A program made the translations under genes and the position numbers. Below are positions 41,090 through 50,762 of a stretch of 64,000 bases of DNA, piece after piece. Within the stretch, counting starts at the first letter, position 1; each line of letters opens with the position of its first letter. Below the pieces are notes generated by a model, which did no database searches, was not told the origin of the DNA, and worked only from the letters and a program-made list of their open reading frames with translations. This stretch comes from an uncultured Spirochaetota bacterium. GTDB lineage: Bacteria; Spirochaetota; Spirochaetia; SZUA-6; Fen-1364. Location of the stretch: positions 43,102 to 107,101 of the forward strand of contig CAVTER010000004.1 of NCBI GenBank assembly GCA_963733835.1. Direction: 5' to 3'.

Positions 41090-42145
41090 TCAACGGCTGC
41101 CGTGCGGCTGGCTGCCCGCCGCGGCATGTTCCTCGCAGGCCCTCACCATTGCCCGCAGGTTCTCCAGGGGCGTCATGCGCGGCACGCCGCAGCCCGGCGA
41201 GAGAATCACGCCCCGCTCCATGCCCGGCTCCTCGAGGATGCGCCGGCAGGCTGCCGTGACCTGGTCCGGGCGCGCCTGCAGCAGGAACGTGGTGTCGAGG
41301 TTGCCCTTGAGCGCGATCCTCCCGCCCAGCAGCTGCCGTGCCAGCGCCATGGGCACCTTCGAGTCCACCTCGAAGCCCTGGAAGGGCACGCCGGCCAGGA
41401 AGTGCAGGAGGTGGTCGGTCCTGCCGCAGATGTGGATCCACAGGTCGCAGTCCCTGCCCGCGAGCGCGTCGATCGCCTTCTCCTGCCAGGGAAGGACGAA
41501 CTTCCGGTAGTCCGCGGGCGAGACGAGGCTGGCTGTCGCGTCGCCGAACTGGATGGCGTGTACGCCCGTGGCGATCATCGCTTTTCCATACGCGACGACG
41601 ACCTCGGTGCAGAAGGAGAGAAGCTCGCGCAGGTCCGCCTCGTTCTCCGTCGAGAGGTCCATGAAGAAGTCCTGCGCTCCCCGCAGCACGGCGGCGAGGC
41701 TGAAGGGGCCCGTGTCGATGTTGGCCTGGATGTAGTACCTGTCCCCGGCGGCCGCCACGACCCTGCGGGCTGCATCGAGGAGGGTTGTCATGCCGGGGGC
41801 GCTCGCGGGGTCGGGCACGCGGAGCTTGCGGAAGTCCCTCACCGAGTCAAGCAGCACCGTCCTGCTGAACGACTCGTCGTCGTCGGGGAAGGTGAGCTCC
41901 CCGCCCAGCGCCTGGTGGTAGACCCAGTTGTCGCGCGAGACGTAGATGCCGTCGAAGCCGCACATCTGGCGGGCTTTCAGCAGCGTGTCGGCCATGACCG
42001 CGGAGTCGGTCATGTACCTCCCCTGCGGCACCCCCGTGAGCTGGCAGGCAGGAGCCAGCAGGATCGGGAAGGTGGGGACCCTGTCGACAGGCTCGCCGCG
42101 CACCGCCGCGCGCGTCCGCTGCAGCCCCGTCATCTCACTGGACAT
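41090..42145 (-). CDS. Uroporphyrinogen-decarboxylase (URO-D)-family protein, second paralog
   Basis: MSSEMTGLQRTRAAVRGEPVDRVPTFPILL...ICGRTDHLL...ILSPGCGVP is a URO-D/MtaA-like fold. Confidence 0.6.
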   Translation of the reverse strand: MSSEMTGLQRTRAAVRGEPVDRVPTFPILLAPACQLTGVPQGRYMTDSAVMADTLLKARQMCGFDGIYVSRDNWVYHQALGGELTFPDDDESFSRTVLLDSVRDFRKLRVPDPASAPGMTTLLDAARRVVAAAGDRYYIQANIDTGPFSLAAVLRGAQDFFMDLSTENEADLRELLSFCTEVVVAYGKAMIATGVHAIQFGDATASLVSPADYRKFVLPWQEKAIDALAGRDCDLWIHICGRTDHLLHFLAGVPFQGFEVDSKVPMALARQLLGGRIALKGNLDTTFLLQARPDQVTAACRRILEEPGMERGVILSPGCGVPRMTPLENLRAMVRACEEHAAAGSQPHGSR

Positions 42146-42554
42146 CGAACCCCTCCTTCCGCGCGGCCTCCGCCAGCCGCTCATCGGAGGTGAGCAACGC
42201 AAGCGTCGCCGGGTTCTCCGACGAGGCTGCGAGAGCAGCAGCGAGCTGCAAGGCGTCCGCGGCCCTCAGCGGGTGCACCCGCAGCAGCCGCATCGCCCTC
42301 GCCCTGAGCTGGCTGGTCGGCAGCACCTCGTGCCAGCTCTCCGCGAGCGACTCGAGCGCGGAGAGAGCGTGAGAAAGCTGCTGGTCATCCAGGCCGCCCT
42401 CCCGGCGAAGACGATTGAGGGCCGACGCGCATTCCAGCCGGCACGCCCACCAGACCGTCATCTGCGGGTCGGAGAGCAGCAGTGACTTCCGGCCCTCGGT
42501 CTGCTGCTCGGGGACGAGCAGGGGGATGACCGCCGAGGAGTCCCAGAACCTCAT
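42135..42554 (-). CDS. vapC: PIN-domain toxin (VapC-like)
   Basis: MRFWDSSAVIPLLVPEQ... has PIN acidic residues. It overlaps the upstream antitoxin gene. Confidence 0.7.
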   Translation of the reverse strand: MRFWDSSAVIPLLVPEQQTEGRKSLLLSDPQMTVWWACRLECASALNRLRREGGLDDQQLSHALSALESLAESWHEVLPTSQLRARAMRLLRVHPLRAADALQLAAALAASSENPATLALLTSDERLAEAARKEGFDVQ

Positions 42555-42850
42555 CGGCCGGCCTCGCGTTCCTCGAGAAGGGCCCGCAGGGCGCTTGCCC
42601 CTTCCGGGAGCTTCGGCATGCGCCGGTTCACGAAGGCCCGGGCATCGAGAGGCTTGCGCGGCGGGGCGAGCACACCGCGCCTGACCAGGTCAGCCACCAG
42701 CTCACTGCCCATGCCGGGATCGCTGTTGACCGGTTCCAGCCTCGCGACGGGCGTGTCCCTGTCGAGGATCAGCACGGTCTCGCCCCGCTTGACCTCTTCT
42801 ATCAATCGACTGAGCGTGTTCTTCGCAACAGATATTGTAGCTTTCTTCAT
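42551..42850 (-). CDS. Phd/YefM-type antitoxin
   Basis: MKKATISVAKNTLSRLIEEVKRGETVLILDRDTPVARLEP is the Phd/YefM fold. A TATAGCTATA palindrome lies in its promoter region. Confidence 0.7.
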   Translation of the reverse strand: MKKATISVAKNTLSRLIEEVKRGETVLILDRDTPVARLEPVNSDPGMGSELVADLVRRGVLAPPRKPLDARAFVNRRMPKLPEGASALRALLEEREAGR

Positions 42851-42922
42851 ATGGCTATTATAGCTATATCTGGGAGCGTCGTCAATTCCGTGGCTGTCGG
42901 GCGGGAGTCTTCTCCGGCCCTC

Positions 42923-44160
42923 TCATCCCAGCCACCTCTGCATCCACTCGAAGGCCTCCGCCTGCATGGGCAGGTCGAACTTGTGCGGGCCCGGGTAAAG
43001 GGAGATGCGGAACGCGTCGGGTGCGCCCGCCTTTGCGTAGGTCTCGGCCAGGATCTCGTCCTGCCCGCTCGATCTCCCCGCGGGTGTACAGCGGGTCTTC
43101 CGTGGTGGACAGCACCAGGCTGGGAAGCGGGGCGCGCACGGCCAGCATCTCGGGGAAGTCCATCTGCCCCGGGATGCCGGGCGGGTAGATCATCCACGTG
43201 TGCGTGTAGCTCACGTTCCTGCAGAAGTCACGCCACGTGGTCATGAAGCCGACCACCACGGTGCAGCGCACCCTGTCGTCTGCCCCGGCCAGGAAGACGC
43301 TCCTCATGCCGCCCCCGGAAAGGCCGCCGCAGCCCAGCCGGCGAGCCGTCCACGTCGGGACGGGAGGCGAGGTACGAGAGAGCCGCGGAGTCTTCTGCGA
43401 GCGTGACACCCGGCCACGTCGTGCCCGCGCAGAGCAGCGACTTGGCAACGATGGTCTCGTGCTGGCCGGCAAAGGCGTTGTACCTCGCGATGGCAGCCTC
43501 CGGCTCGTCTGTGGGGACCTCGTAGCGCAGGACGGGATCAGTCGAGGCGAGGTCCGCGGGCAGCATCTCGCGCTGGGCTTCGGGGGCTGCCATGAGCTTC
43601 TCCACCGCGAAGGGAGGGAGGCCCGAGGCGAGCACCTTCCTGCTCTCGAAGGGGAACACGTCGTGGACGAGCACCGCGAACCCGCGCCGGGCGATCTCGT
43701 TGGCCCACGCCCTTCCGCCGTAGTACTCGGCCTGGTGGCGGCTCATCATGGCGTGCTGCGGGGAGGCAGTGCGGGAGATCTTCCGCTTGCCGAAGAACTT
43801 GTTCGCTGCGTGGTCGTGCAGCGCGAGCACGCCGGGGAGCTTTCCCGTCGCCCCCGCGGGCTTCAGGAACACGGCCTGGGTGCGCGGTCCCCAGGGCAGC
43901 TGCCACGAGAGCTCCTCGACCGCGAGTCCTTCGTGCAGGTACGCCGCGTGCACCTGCACCTCGGCGGCACCGACCGGGCTCCCGTCCGGCTGGACGGGAC
44001 AGCGGAAGCAGCGGGCAAGCTCCTCCCGCGCTGCCTTCTTCCACGCCCCGAGGTCCGTCCAGCGCGGGTTTCGGAACGACAGGCTGCCCGGCCCCTCGGC
44101 AGCCCGGGCCGCTGCCCACTCCCCGTAGGCGCCCAGCATGGTGAGCGGTGACTGTGCCAT
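42923..44160 (-). CDS. Alpha/beta hydrolase (acetyl-xylan-esterase / dienelactone-hydrolase-like), 2 frameshifts
   Basis: The N-terminal part is in ORF 43228..44160 (LALHDHAANKFFGKRKI...), the middle part in 42882..43472 (SGGGMRSVFLAGADDRVRCTVVVGF, a nucleophile region), and the C-terminus (QDEILAETYAKAGAPDAFRISLYPGPHKFDLPMQAEAFEWMQRWLG) in a third frame. Confidence 0.6.
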
Positions 44161-44230
44161 GCACCGATCCTACGGTGGAGACGGGACGCTGTCAAACCTG
44201 TATACTCTGCGCCCGGAAAGGCAGGCTTCA

Positions 44231-45190
44231 ATGAAGGTCGTCGTGATCGGTGCAACGGGCCATATCGGGACATACCTGGTCCCGCGCCTGGTCGAGCAGG
44301 GCCACGAGGTCGTGGCGGTGACCAGGGGCGAGCGCGAGCCGTACAGCGGGTCGGGCCTGTGGCGCGCGGTCACGCGCGTGCAGCTGGACAGGGAGAAGGA
44401 GGAGAAGGCCGGGAACTTCGGCAGGGCCATCGCGGGCCTGCAGGCCGACGTCGTGATCGACCTCATCTGCTTCACGCTTTCCAGCGCGGCGCACATCGTC
44501 GAGGCGCTGCGGGGGAAGGTGCAGCAGTACCTGTCCTGCTGCACGATCTGGGTGCACGGCCACTCCACCGTGGTGCCGACCACCGAGGAGGAGCCGCGCC
44601 GCCCCTTTGGCGAGTACGGCATCCAGAAGGCCGCGATCGAGAGCTTCCTCCTCGGGGAGGCACGGATGCGCGGCTTCCCCGCCACGGTTGTGCACCCCGG
44701 GCACATCGTCGGGCCGGGCTGGATCGCGCTGAACCCCGCGGGCAACTTCAACCCCGAGGTGTTCCAGGCGCTGGCCGAGGGGAAGGAGCTGGCGCTTCCC
44801 AACCTCGGGCAGGAGACGGTGCACCACGTGCACGCGGACGACGTTGCGCAGGTCTTCTGCCGGGCCATGGCCCGGCGCAGTGCCGCGCTGGGCGAGAGCT
44901 TCCACGCCGTCTCCCCGGGCGCGCTGAGCCTGCGTGGCTACGCGGAGCGGATGTCGGCGTGGTTCGGCAGGGAAACGCGCCTCTCGTTCATCCCGTGGGA
45001 GCAATGGAAGAAAACGGTGAGTCCCGAGGACGCGGATGCGACCTGGGACCACGTCGCGCACAGCCCCTGCTGCAGCATCGAGAAGGCGCGCCGCATGCTC
45101 GGCTACGAGCCGCGCTACACCTCCCTGGAAGCCGTGTACGAATCCGTGAGTGACCTCATTGTGAAAGGAAGGCTTCGCGGTTCACCTTGA
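44231..45190 (+). CDS. NAD(P)-binding NmrA-like / atypical SDR epimerase-reductase family protein
   Basis: MKVVVIGATGHIGTYLVPRLVEQGHEVVAVTR is a Rossmann GxxGxxG. The protein is about 320 aa. Confidence 0.7.
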   Translation: MKVVVIGATGHIGTYLVPRLVEQGHEVVAVTRGEREPYSGSGLWRAVTRVQLDREKEEKAGNFGRAIAGLQADVVIDLICFTLSSAAHIVEALRGKVQQYLSCCTIWVHGHSTVVPTTEEEPRRPFGEYGIQKAAIESFLLGEARMRGFPATVVHPGHIVGPGWIALNPAGNFNPEVFQALAEGKELALPNLGQETVHHVHADDVAQVFCRAMARRSAALGESFHAVSPGALSLRGYAERMSAWFGRETRLSFIPWEQWKKTVSPEDADATWDHVAHSPCCSIEKARRMLGYEPRYTSLEAVYESVSDLIVKGRLRGSP

Positions 45191-46466
45191 GCGGGTCGAG
45201 CCACGAGAGCTCGACGTCCGCGGCGGCGATCCAGCCCTCGGCGCCCGCCTTCGTGACTGCCCTGTACCAGCGCGGCGTGCCGTCGCTCCTGTCGAAGACG
45301 TACAGCAGCGCCCCGCGGGCCAGGTCCGCGACCGCGCCGCTCTCGATGCTCACGTCGGCGAAGAGCGTGGCGCTCTCGGGCACGACAGTCGCCTGCCGAG
45401 GGAGCTCCTCGGCTGCCTGCTTCTGGTAGCGGGTGCCGTCCCACGTGTAGAAGCTCACCACCGTGTTCCTGAACTCCCGCTCCTCGCTCAGCTCTTCCAT
45501 GGAGGTGGTCACCTTCACCGTCTCGAGAATGCCGTCGCCGTCGGAGTCCAGGAGTCGGCGCACCGCCGAGTAGGCGGAGCCCTCGTCCGTGGCAAAGCTT
45601 TCGTTGTACTGGAAGATGGGGGTCCATGCCCCCCCGCGCTGCGCCAGCCAGCACTCCCACGTGAGGGGCGTGGCGCCGAGGTAGTTGAGCGACACGATGG
45701 TCTCGATCGAGGCGGCGACTTCCAGCGAGCCGTCGGCGTTCAGGTCCGACACGGTGACCCCGCGCACCCCCGAGGGGTGGAAGGTGTCGGGGAAGACCCA
45801 GGCGCTCGTGTCCACAAGGGTGACCGTTCCGCCGGAGGCCACGGCGAGGACATTGTACTGGGCGTCGCCGCCGCCCACGTCGACCTTGCGCTCGAGGAAC
45901 CCCGCAGACACGCCCCCTGACTCGGCGAGCACAAGGACGCAGGCCGAGGAGTCCACGGCACCGGCGAGCGGGGACTCGCCGCCCACGGCCTTCACCGTGT
46001 ACATGCGACGGTAGGCGCCGCCGTCCTTCTCCCACTCCGTCGCGGACAGCACCGCCACGAGGGAAAGCGGCGAGAGCACCTCCTCGGGCTGAGACGGGCC
46101 TTGCGTCGATTCGTCGTGCAGCGGCTCCGGGGCGAGGAGCAGGCCGTGCAGGACCTGGCCGCGCGCCGACTCGAAGGTGGCACCGACGGGCATCCACGAC
46201 ATGAGCAGCTCTCCCGCCTCGCCGCGGGGGAACACGCGGGCCCTGCTGGGGACGTAGCGCACAAGCTCTGCCGGCGGGACCGCGACGGATCCGGGCTCCG
46301 CGACCGGCGTCTCGACCGCGGGCGCCTGCGGGGAAGAGGGCCCGGGCAGCGGCTCGGCCTTCCTCGCTCGCGAGCAGCTGGCAAGGGCAAGGCCGCAGGC
46401 GAAGGCACAGGCGAGGGCGCGGACAAGCGAACGGGCAAGGGCGGGAACACGCGGCAGTTTCTTCAC
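45156..46466 (-). CDS. Hypothetical lipoprotein (about 436 aa)
   Basis: A GTG start after a GGAGG RBS and a lipobox (LALASCS). I recognise no domain. Its start overlaps the stop of the upstream histidine kinase (GTGA). Confidence 0.5.
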   Translation of the reverse strand: MKKLPRVPALARSLVRALACAFACGLALASCSRARKAEPLPGPSSPQAPAVETPVAEPGSVAVPPAELVRYVPSRARVFPRGEAGELLMSWMPVGATFESARGQVLHGLLLAPEPLHDESTQGPSQPEEVLSPLSLVAVLSATEWEKDGGAYRRMYTVKAVGGESPLAGAVDSSACVLVLAESGGVSAGFLERKVDVGGGDAQYNVLAVASGGTVTLVDTSAWVFPDTFHPSGVRGVTVSDLNADGSLEVAASIETIVSLNYLGATPLTWECWLAQRGGAWTPIFQYNESFATDEGSAYSAVRRLLDSDGDGILETVKVTTSMEELSEEREFRNTVVSFYTWDGTRYQKQAAEELPRQATVVPESATLFADVSIESGAVADLARGALLYVFDRSDGTPRWYRAVTKAGAEGWIAAADVELSWLDPLKVNREAFLSQ

Positions 46467-48259
46467 GGGGAGCCTCCTGGCGCCCTGGGCAGCCAGATGT
46501 AGAAGGAGGTGCCGGTGTCGGTGGCCCCCGCCTCGTCGCCGTCCGCGGTCGACGGCCCCGATTCGCACCATGCCCTGCCGCCGTGGCGGTCGACGATCTT
46601 CGACACGAGGTACAGCCCCAGGCCTGCCCCGTCGCTGGACTGCACCAGGCGGGAGAACTTGTGGAAGAGCAGGGGGACCTTCTCCGGGGGAATGGGGGTG
46701 CCGCCGTTGGACACGCCGATCCTGGTGCCGCCGTCCTCCTCCCGCGAGGAAAGGCGGATCCAGCCCGCGCCGTACTTGAGGGCATTGCCGAGGAGGTTCG
46801 ACACGGCGATCTCCAGCAGTTCCCGGTCGGCGAGCACGGGCGCCTCGTCCCTCCAGTCCCAGCGCAGCTGGAAGCCGGCGCGCTCGATCTCGCGGCCCAG
46901 GCGCTTCACGAGCGGCTCGACCACGTCGGTGCGCGGGCTCACCTGGCGGGGGGAGAAGCGCAGGGTGCCCCGCTCGAGGCGCGACAGGTTGAGGTAGTTG
47001 CGCACCATGTCGCGGAACCTCTCCAGGTCGCGCACCATGAGCGCGCTCACCTCGGCCTGGTCCTTCGACAGGGGCCCCAGGGAGCCGTCGGCGAGCTGCA
47101 TGCAGTTGAGAAGGAGCGAGCCAACGGAGTTGGAAAGCTCGTGTGTCACGAAGCCCAGCAGCTCCTGGTAGTCCCGGTTTGCCTGCTCGAGGGCAGCGTT
47201 CTGGCCCCGCAGGGCGTCCTCCCGCTTGTGCACCTCGTCGGCCATCTCGTTGAAGGCGTGCGCGAGCCCCCGGATCTCGGCGTCGCCCTTCTCGGCGGCA
47301 ACGGGTGAGTGCGGGTCGCCGACCGACAGCCTCTCGGAGGCGTGCGACAGGGCGGCGATGGGCCTCACGATGCGTCGGGCCAGGAAGTAGGCGGCGGCCA
47401 GGAGACCCGCCAGCGACGGCAGGCTGACCGCTGACAGGATCGCCACCGCCCTGTTCCTGATGTCCACGTACCTGCGCTCGAGAACGCCCACGTACAGGAT
47501 GCCCACCGCGGTGCCGGCGGGATCGCGCAGGGGCTCGTAGGCGGAGATGTACCAGTCGTCCACCACCCAGGCCCGGCGCAGCCACCGCTCGCCCTGCTCG
47601 AGGACCCGCTGCCGCACCTGGGCTGAGGCGCGGGTGCCCAGCGCCGGGGCGCCGGACGGGCCGATCACCGTGGTTGCCACCCGCGTGTCGCCGAGAAAGA
47701 CGGTGACCGTGCCGAAGGGCTTGCGCCGGTAGAGCGTTTCGCTGAAGAGGATGGCCTGCATGCGGCGGACCAGCGGTTCGTTGCCGTTCAGCACGACCGC
47801 GGCGAACGCGGTTCCCCCCGGCCCGGGGCAGGCGGCGAACAGGCACAGGGCCTGGCTGCCGGGGTAGACCTCTGGCGGTTGCACGGCAGAGCCTGGCCTG
47901 CGGGCGGTCACGAACGACCGGGGCAGCGCCACCACGCCGCCCGCGGCAGACCCGCGCGGAACGCCGGCCGCGGCAAGGGCATCCTCCTCCGCCGGTGTCG
48001 CGATGAAGGCAAGGTCGGGCGGGTCCATGGCCTGGCAGTCGATGGTAAGGCCGCGCGAGGCGAGCTCCGCGGAGATGGCGAGCAGCCGCACCCTGTCGTC
48101 GAGGAAGGTCCGGGCCGCGCGGAGGTCGCTCTCGACCCGCGATGCCGCCTCGGAGCTCACGGCCCGGGAGATGAGGACGGCTCCAGCCGCCGTGGTTGCC
48201 AGGGCGGAGAAGACGATGATCCCGAGATGGCTTGCGAAGATCCGGTTGGCAAGCCTCAT
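46463..48259 (-). CDS. Sensor histidine kinase with a periplasmic Cache-like sensor, HAMP, HisKA and HATPase_c
   Basis: An intact 598-aa ORF: TM, a periplasmic domain of about 250 aa, TM, HAMP (AALSHASERL), the H-box FVTHELSNSV, the N-box NLLGNALKY, and G-boxes. Confidence 0.8.
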   Translation of the reverse strand: MRLANRIFASHLGIIVFSALATTAAGAVLISRAVSSEAASRVESDLRAARTFLDDRVRLLAISAELASRGLTIDCQAMDPPDLAFIATPAEEDALAAAGVPRGSAAGGVVALPRSFVTARRPGSAVQPPEVYPGSQALCLFAACPGPGGTAFAAVVLNGNEPLVRRMQAILFSETLYRRKPFGTVTVFLGDTRVATTVIGPSGAPALGTRASAQVRQRVLEQGERWLRRAWVVDDWYISAYEPLRDPAGTAVGILYVGVLERRYVDIRNRAVAILSAVSLPSLAGLLAAAYFLARRIVRPIAALSHASERLSVGDPHSPVAAEKGDAEIRGLAHAFNEMADEVHKREDALRGQNAALEQANRDYQELLGFVTHELSNSVGSLLLNCMQLADGSLGPLSKDQAEVSALMVRDLERFRDMVRNYLNLSRLERGTLRFSPRQVSPRTDVVEPLVKRLGREIERAGFQLRWDWRDEAPVLADRELLEIAVSNLLGNALKYGAGWIRLSSREEDGGTRIGVSNGGTPIPPEKVPLLFHKFSRLVQSSDGAGLGLYLVSKIVDRHGGRAWCESGPSTADGDEAGATDTGTSFYIWLPRAPGGSP

Positions 48260-48363
48260 GGCAGGAGCATGCGGCGCCGGGGAGCGGGAGTCAAGGAGAG
48301 CGCCGGTGGACGGGGACCGCGTCTTTACCCCGCCCGCCGATTTCGGTACTTTGTCCGGGTCAC

Positions 48364-48810
48364 ATGGGTAGCCTGCACGGCATCGCGGAGTGGATCGGGC
48401 TCGGCCTCGGGGCGCTGGTAGCGGCCGGCCTCGTCTCGTTTCTCATCCTGCGGCGCAGGCTGATCTCCCGGGTCGAGGCGGAGCTGGGAAGGGAGTGCGC
48501 CCTCCTGGTGACCGGGGCCCGCATCGGCTTCCTGCAGAAGCAGCTCGAGCCGGGCCTGCTCATGCTCCTGGCCACCGGCCTGTACTTCCACTCCTGGTTC
48601 GCCGACCGCGAGCTGTTCATCCCCGGGCCGTCGATCACCTACATCGGTGTCTCCGACCCCGCGCAGGGGCAGGTGCGCCGCGAGCGGCGCGCGGTCGTGC
48701 TGCGCTTCCTGAACACGGCGGGCAAGGAGGACGGCCTCTACATCCGCCTGCTGTACCCCGAGCAGTGGGTGGAGGCGATCAAGACGCACCTCATCACCCG
48801 CGCGACCTGA
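48364..48810 (+). CDS. Hypothetical membrane protein
   Basis: MGSLHGIAEWIGLGLGALVAAGLVSFLIL is a TM helix. The protein is 148 aa with no recognised domain. Confidence 0.4.
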   Translation: MGSLHGIAEWIGLGLGALVAAGLVSFLILRRRLISRVEAELGRECALLVTGARIGFLQKQLEPGLLMLLATGLYFHSWFADRELFIPGPSITYIGVSDPAQGQVRRERRAVVLRFLNTAGKEDGLYIRLLYPEQWVEAIKTHLITRAT

Positions 48811-48823
48811 AAGGGAGGGCCGG

Positions 48824-49897
48824 ATGCCCGGCAGCGTGTTCGGCAGGATCCTCACAGTCGCGACCTTCGGCGAGAGCCACGGTCCCGCGGTGGGCGCGGT
48901 GCTCGACGGCGTGCCCCCGGGGCTGCCCCTGGCTGTCGCGGACATCCAGCGCGAGCTGGACAGGAGGCGGCCGGGGCAGAGCAGCGTGACCACCGAGCGC
49001 GCCGAGAGCGACACGGTCGAAGTACTCTCCGGCGTGTTCGAGGGCAGGACCACGGGCACACCCATCGCGCTCCTGGTCAGGAACTCCTCTGCCCGGAGCA
49101 GCGACTACGAGTCGATAAAGGACGTGTTCCGGCCCGGGCACGCGGACTACACCTACGCCGCCAAGTACGGCATCCGCGACTGGCGCGGCGGCGGGCGCTC
49201 GTCGGGCCGCGAGACGGCAGCCCGCGTGGCTGCCGGCGCGGTCGCCAGGGTCTTCCTGTCCCGGCGCGGAATCGCCGTGCGCGGCCACGCGGTGGAGATC
49301 GCGGGCGTGCGGGCGCGGAGCTTCGACCCGGCCGAGATCGAGCGAAACCCCGTGCGCTCGGCCGATCCTGCCGCGGCTGCCCTCATGATGGAGAGGATCG
49401 AGGAGGCGAAGAAGGCAGGAGACTCGGTGGGCGGCATCGCCGAGGTCGTGGTGAGCGGCTGCCCTGCCGGCCTGGGGGACCCCGTGTTCGACAAGCTGGA
49501 GGCCCTGCTCGCACACGCTGTCATGTCGATCGGCGGGGCCCGCGCGGTCGAGGTGGGCGCGGGTGTCGAGGCTGCCCGGATGCGCGGTTCCCAGTACAAT
49601 GACAGCCTCTTCATGGACGCCGGCAGGGTCGCGGCCCGGACCAACAACGCGGGCGGCATTGCCGGGGGAATTTCGACCGGCGGCGAAATCGTTGTCCGGG
49701 CAGCGTTCCGGCCCCCTGCCTCGATCAGCCTCGCGCAGCAATCGGTAAACACGACGGGCGAGCAGGTGACCGTCGAGGTGCGGGGCAGGCACGACCCCTG
49801 CATCGTGCCCAGGGCGATCCCCGTGCTGGAGGCGATGGCGGCGCTTGTGATCGCCGACTGCCTGCTCGTCCAGGATTCACTCGGCCCCGCCCGTTGA
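48824..49897 (+). CDS. aroC: Chorismate synthase
   Basis: FGRILTVATFGESHGPAVGAVLDGVPPGL, GRSSGRETAARVAAG and RHDPCIVPRA are chorismate synthase signatures. Confidence 0.9.
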   Translation: MPGSVFGRILTVATFGESHGPAVGAVLDGVPPGLPLAVADIQRELDRRRPGQSSVTTERAESDTVEVLSGVFEGRTTGTPIALLVRNSSARSSDYESIKDVFRPGHADYTYAAKYGIRDWRGGGRSSGRETAARVAAGAVARVFLSRRGIAVRGHAVEIAGVRARSFDPAEIERNPVRSADPAAAALMMERIEEAKKAGDSVGGIAEVVVSGCPAGLGDPVFDKLEALLAHAVMSIGGARAVEVGAGVEAARMRGSQYNDSLFMDAGRVAARTNNAGGIAGGISTGGEIVVRAAFRPPASISLAQQSVNTTGEQVTVEVRGRHDPCIVPRAIPVLEAMAALVIADCLLVQDSLGPAR

Positions 49898-49957
49898 CTT
49901 CACGGCCGTTGACAGCCCCTCCCCGCCGGTATTAACTCAGCGTGGAACGGGAGACCT

Positions 49958-50419
49958 ATGAAGCTCACCCAGTACATCAAGCCGGAGTGTTTCGTGCCCC
50001 TCCTCGCCGAGAAGACCCGGGAGGAGGCGCTTCGCCGCATGGTCCGCGTGCTCGCGGAAAAGGGGATCGTAAAGAACGAGGATGACATCTTCGCGCACCT
50101 TCTGGAGCGCGAGAGCATCCAGAGCACGGCCGTGGGAAACGGCATTGCCATCCCCCACTGCTTCAGCGACCAGGTGGCCGACCTCGTCATCACCGTGGCC
50201 CGGGCCCCGCAGGGCATCGGGTTCGACTCCTTCGACGGCGCCCCCACGCGGGTCATCTTTCTCCTGCTGGGGAACCGCGACGGCCACGGCCTGCACCTGA
50301 AGGCGCTGGCGCGCATCGCGCGCCTTATCAAGAGCACCGCGTTCATCGAGAAGATCATCGCCGCCGACACGGTCGAAGCCATGGTGCGCGCCTTCGAGGA
50401 AGAGGAGATGAAGATCTGA
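49958..50419 (+). CDS. PTS EIIA type-2 domain protein (PtsN / EIIA-Ntr-like regulatory protein)
   Basis: AIPHC (active-site His) and RVIFLLLGN are typical of EIIA(Fru/Ntr). No EIIB or EIIC is nearby. Confidence 0.7.
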   Translation: MKLTQYIKPECFVPLLAEKTREEALRRMVRVLAEKGIVKNEDDIFAHLLERESIQSTAVGNGIAIPHCFSDQVADLVITVARAPQGIGFDSFDGAPTRVIFLLLGNRDGHGLHLKALARIARLIKSTAFIEKIIAADTVEAMVRAFEEEEMKI

Positions 50420-50757
50420 TGAAGCTCCTGTTCATCGTGCTCAACTCCAACGACAAGCTCGAAGAGGTGCTCGAGGGCCTGATCGAGGTCGGGGTGACCG
50501 GCGCCACCGTCGTGGACTCGGTGGGGATGGGCCGGATCATCGAAAACGTGCCGCTGTTCGCCGGGATGCGAAACGTTTTCCGCTCGGCAAAGCCGCGCAA
50601 CAACATCATCTTCTCGGCCATCCGCACCAGCCAGGCCGCCGAGACCATGGCCGTGCTCGACAAGATCCTCGGCTGCTCGGTGCCGGGCAAGGGCGCCGGC
50701 ATCGCCTTCCTCGTTCCCATCGACACGGTGATCGGGGTCTGCAAGGATCCCGACTGA
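50419..50757 (+). CDS. PII-like (GlnB-fold) small regulatory protein
   Basis: A 112-aa ORF: MKLLFIVLNSNDKLEEVLEGLIEVGVTGATVVDSVGMGR. A ferredoxin-like beta-alpha-beta fold with a Gly-rich T-loop-like segment. Confidence 0.5.
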   Translation: MKLLFIVLNSNDKLEEVLEGLIEVGVTGATVVDSVGMGRIIENVPLFAGMRNVFRSAKPRNNIIFSAIRTSQAAETMAVLDKILGCSVPGKGAGIAFLVPIDTVIGVCKDPD

Positions 50758-50762
50758 GCCGG

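Noticed and set aside
41041-41290. Peptide VGVSAETPT appearing in ORFs on both strands (40636..41259 + and 40944..41441 -)
   Set aside because: It is an artefact of translating the perfect hairpin palindrome at 41045-41072 in both directions, not a repeated protein motif.
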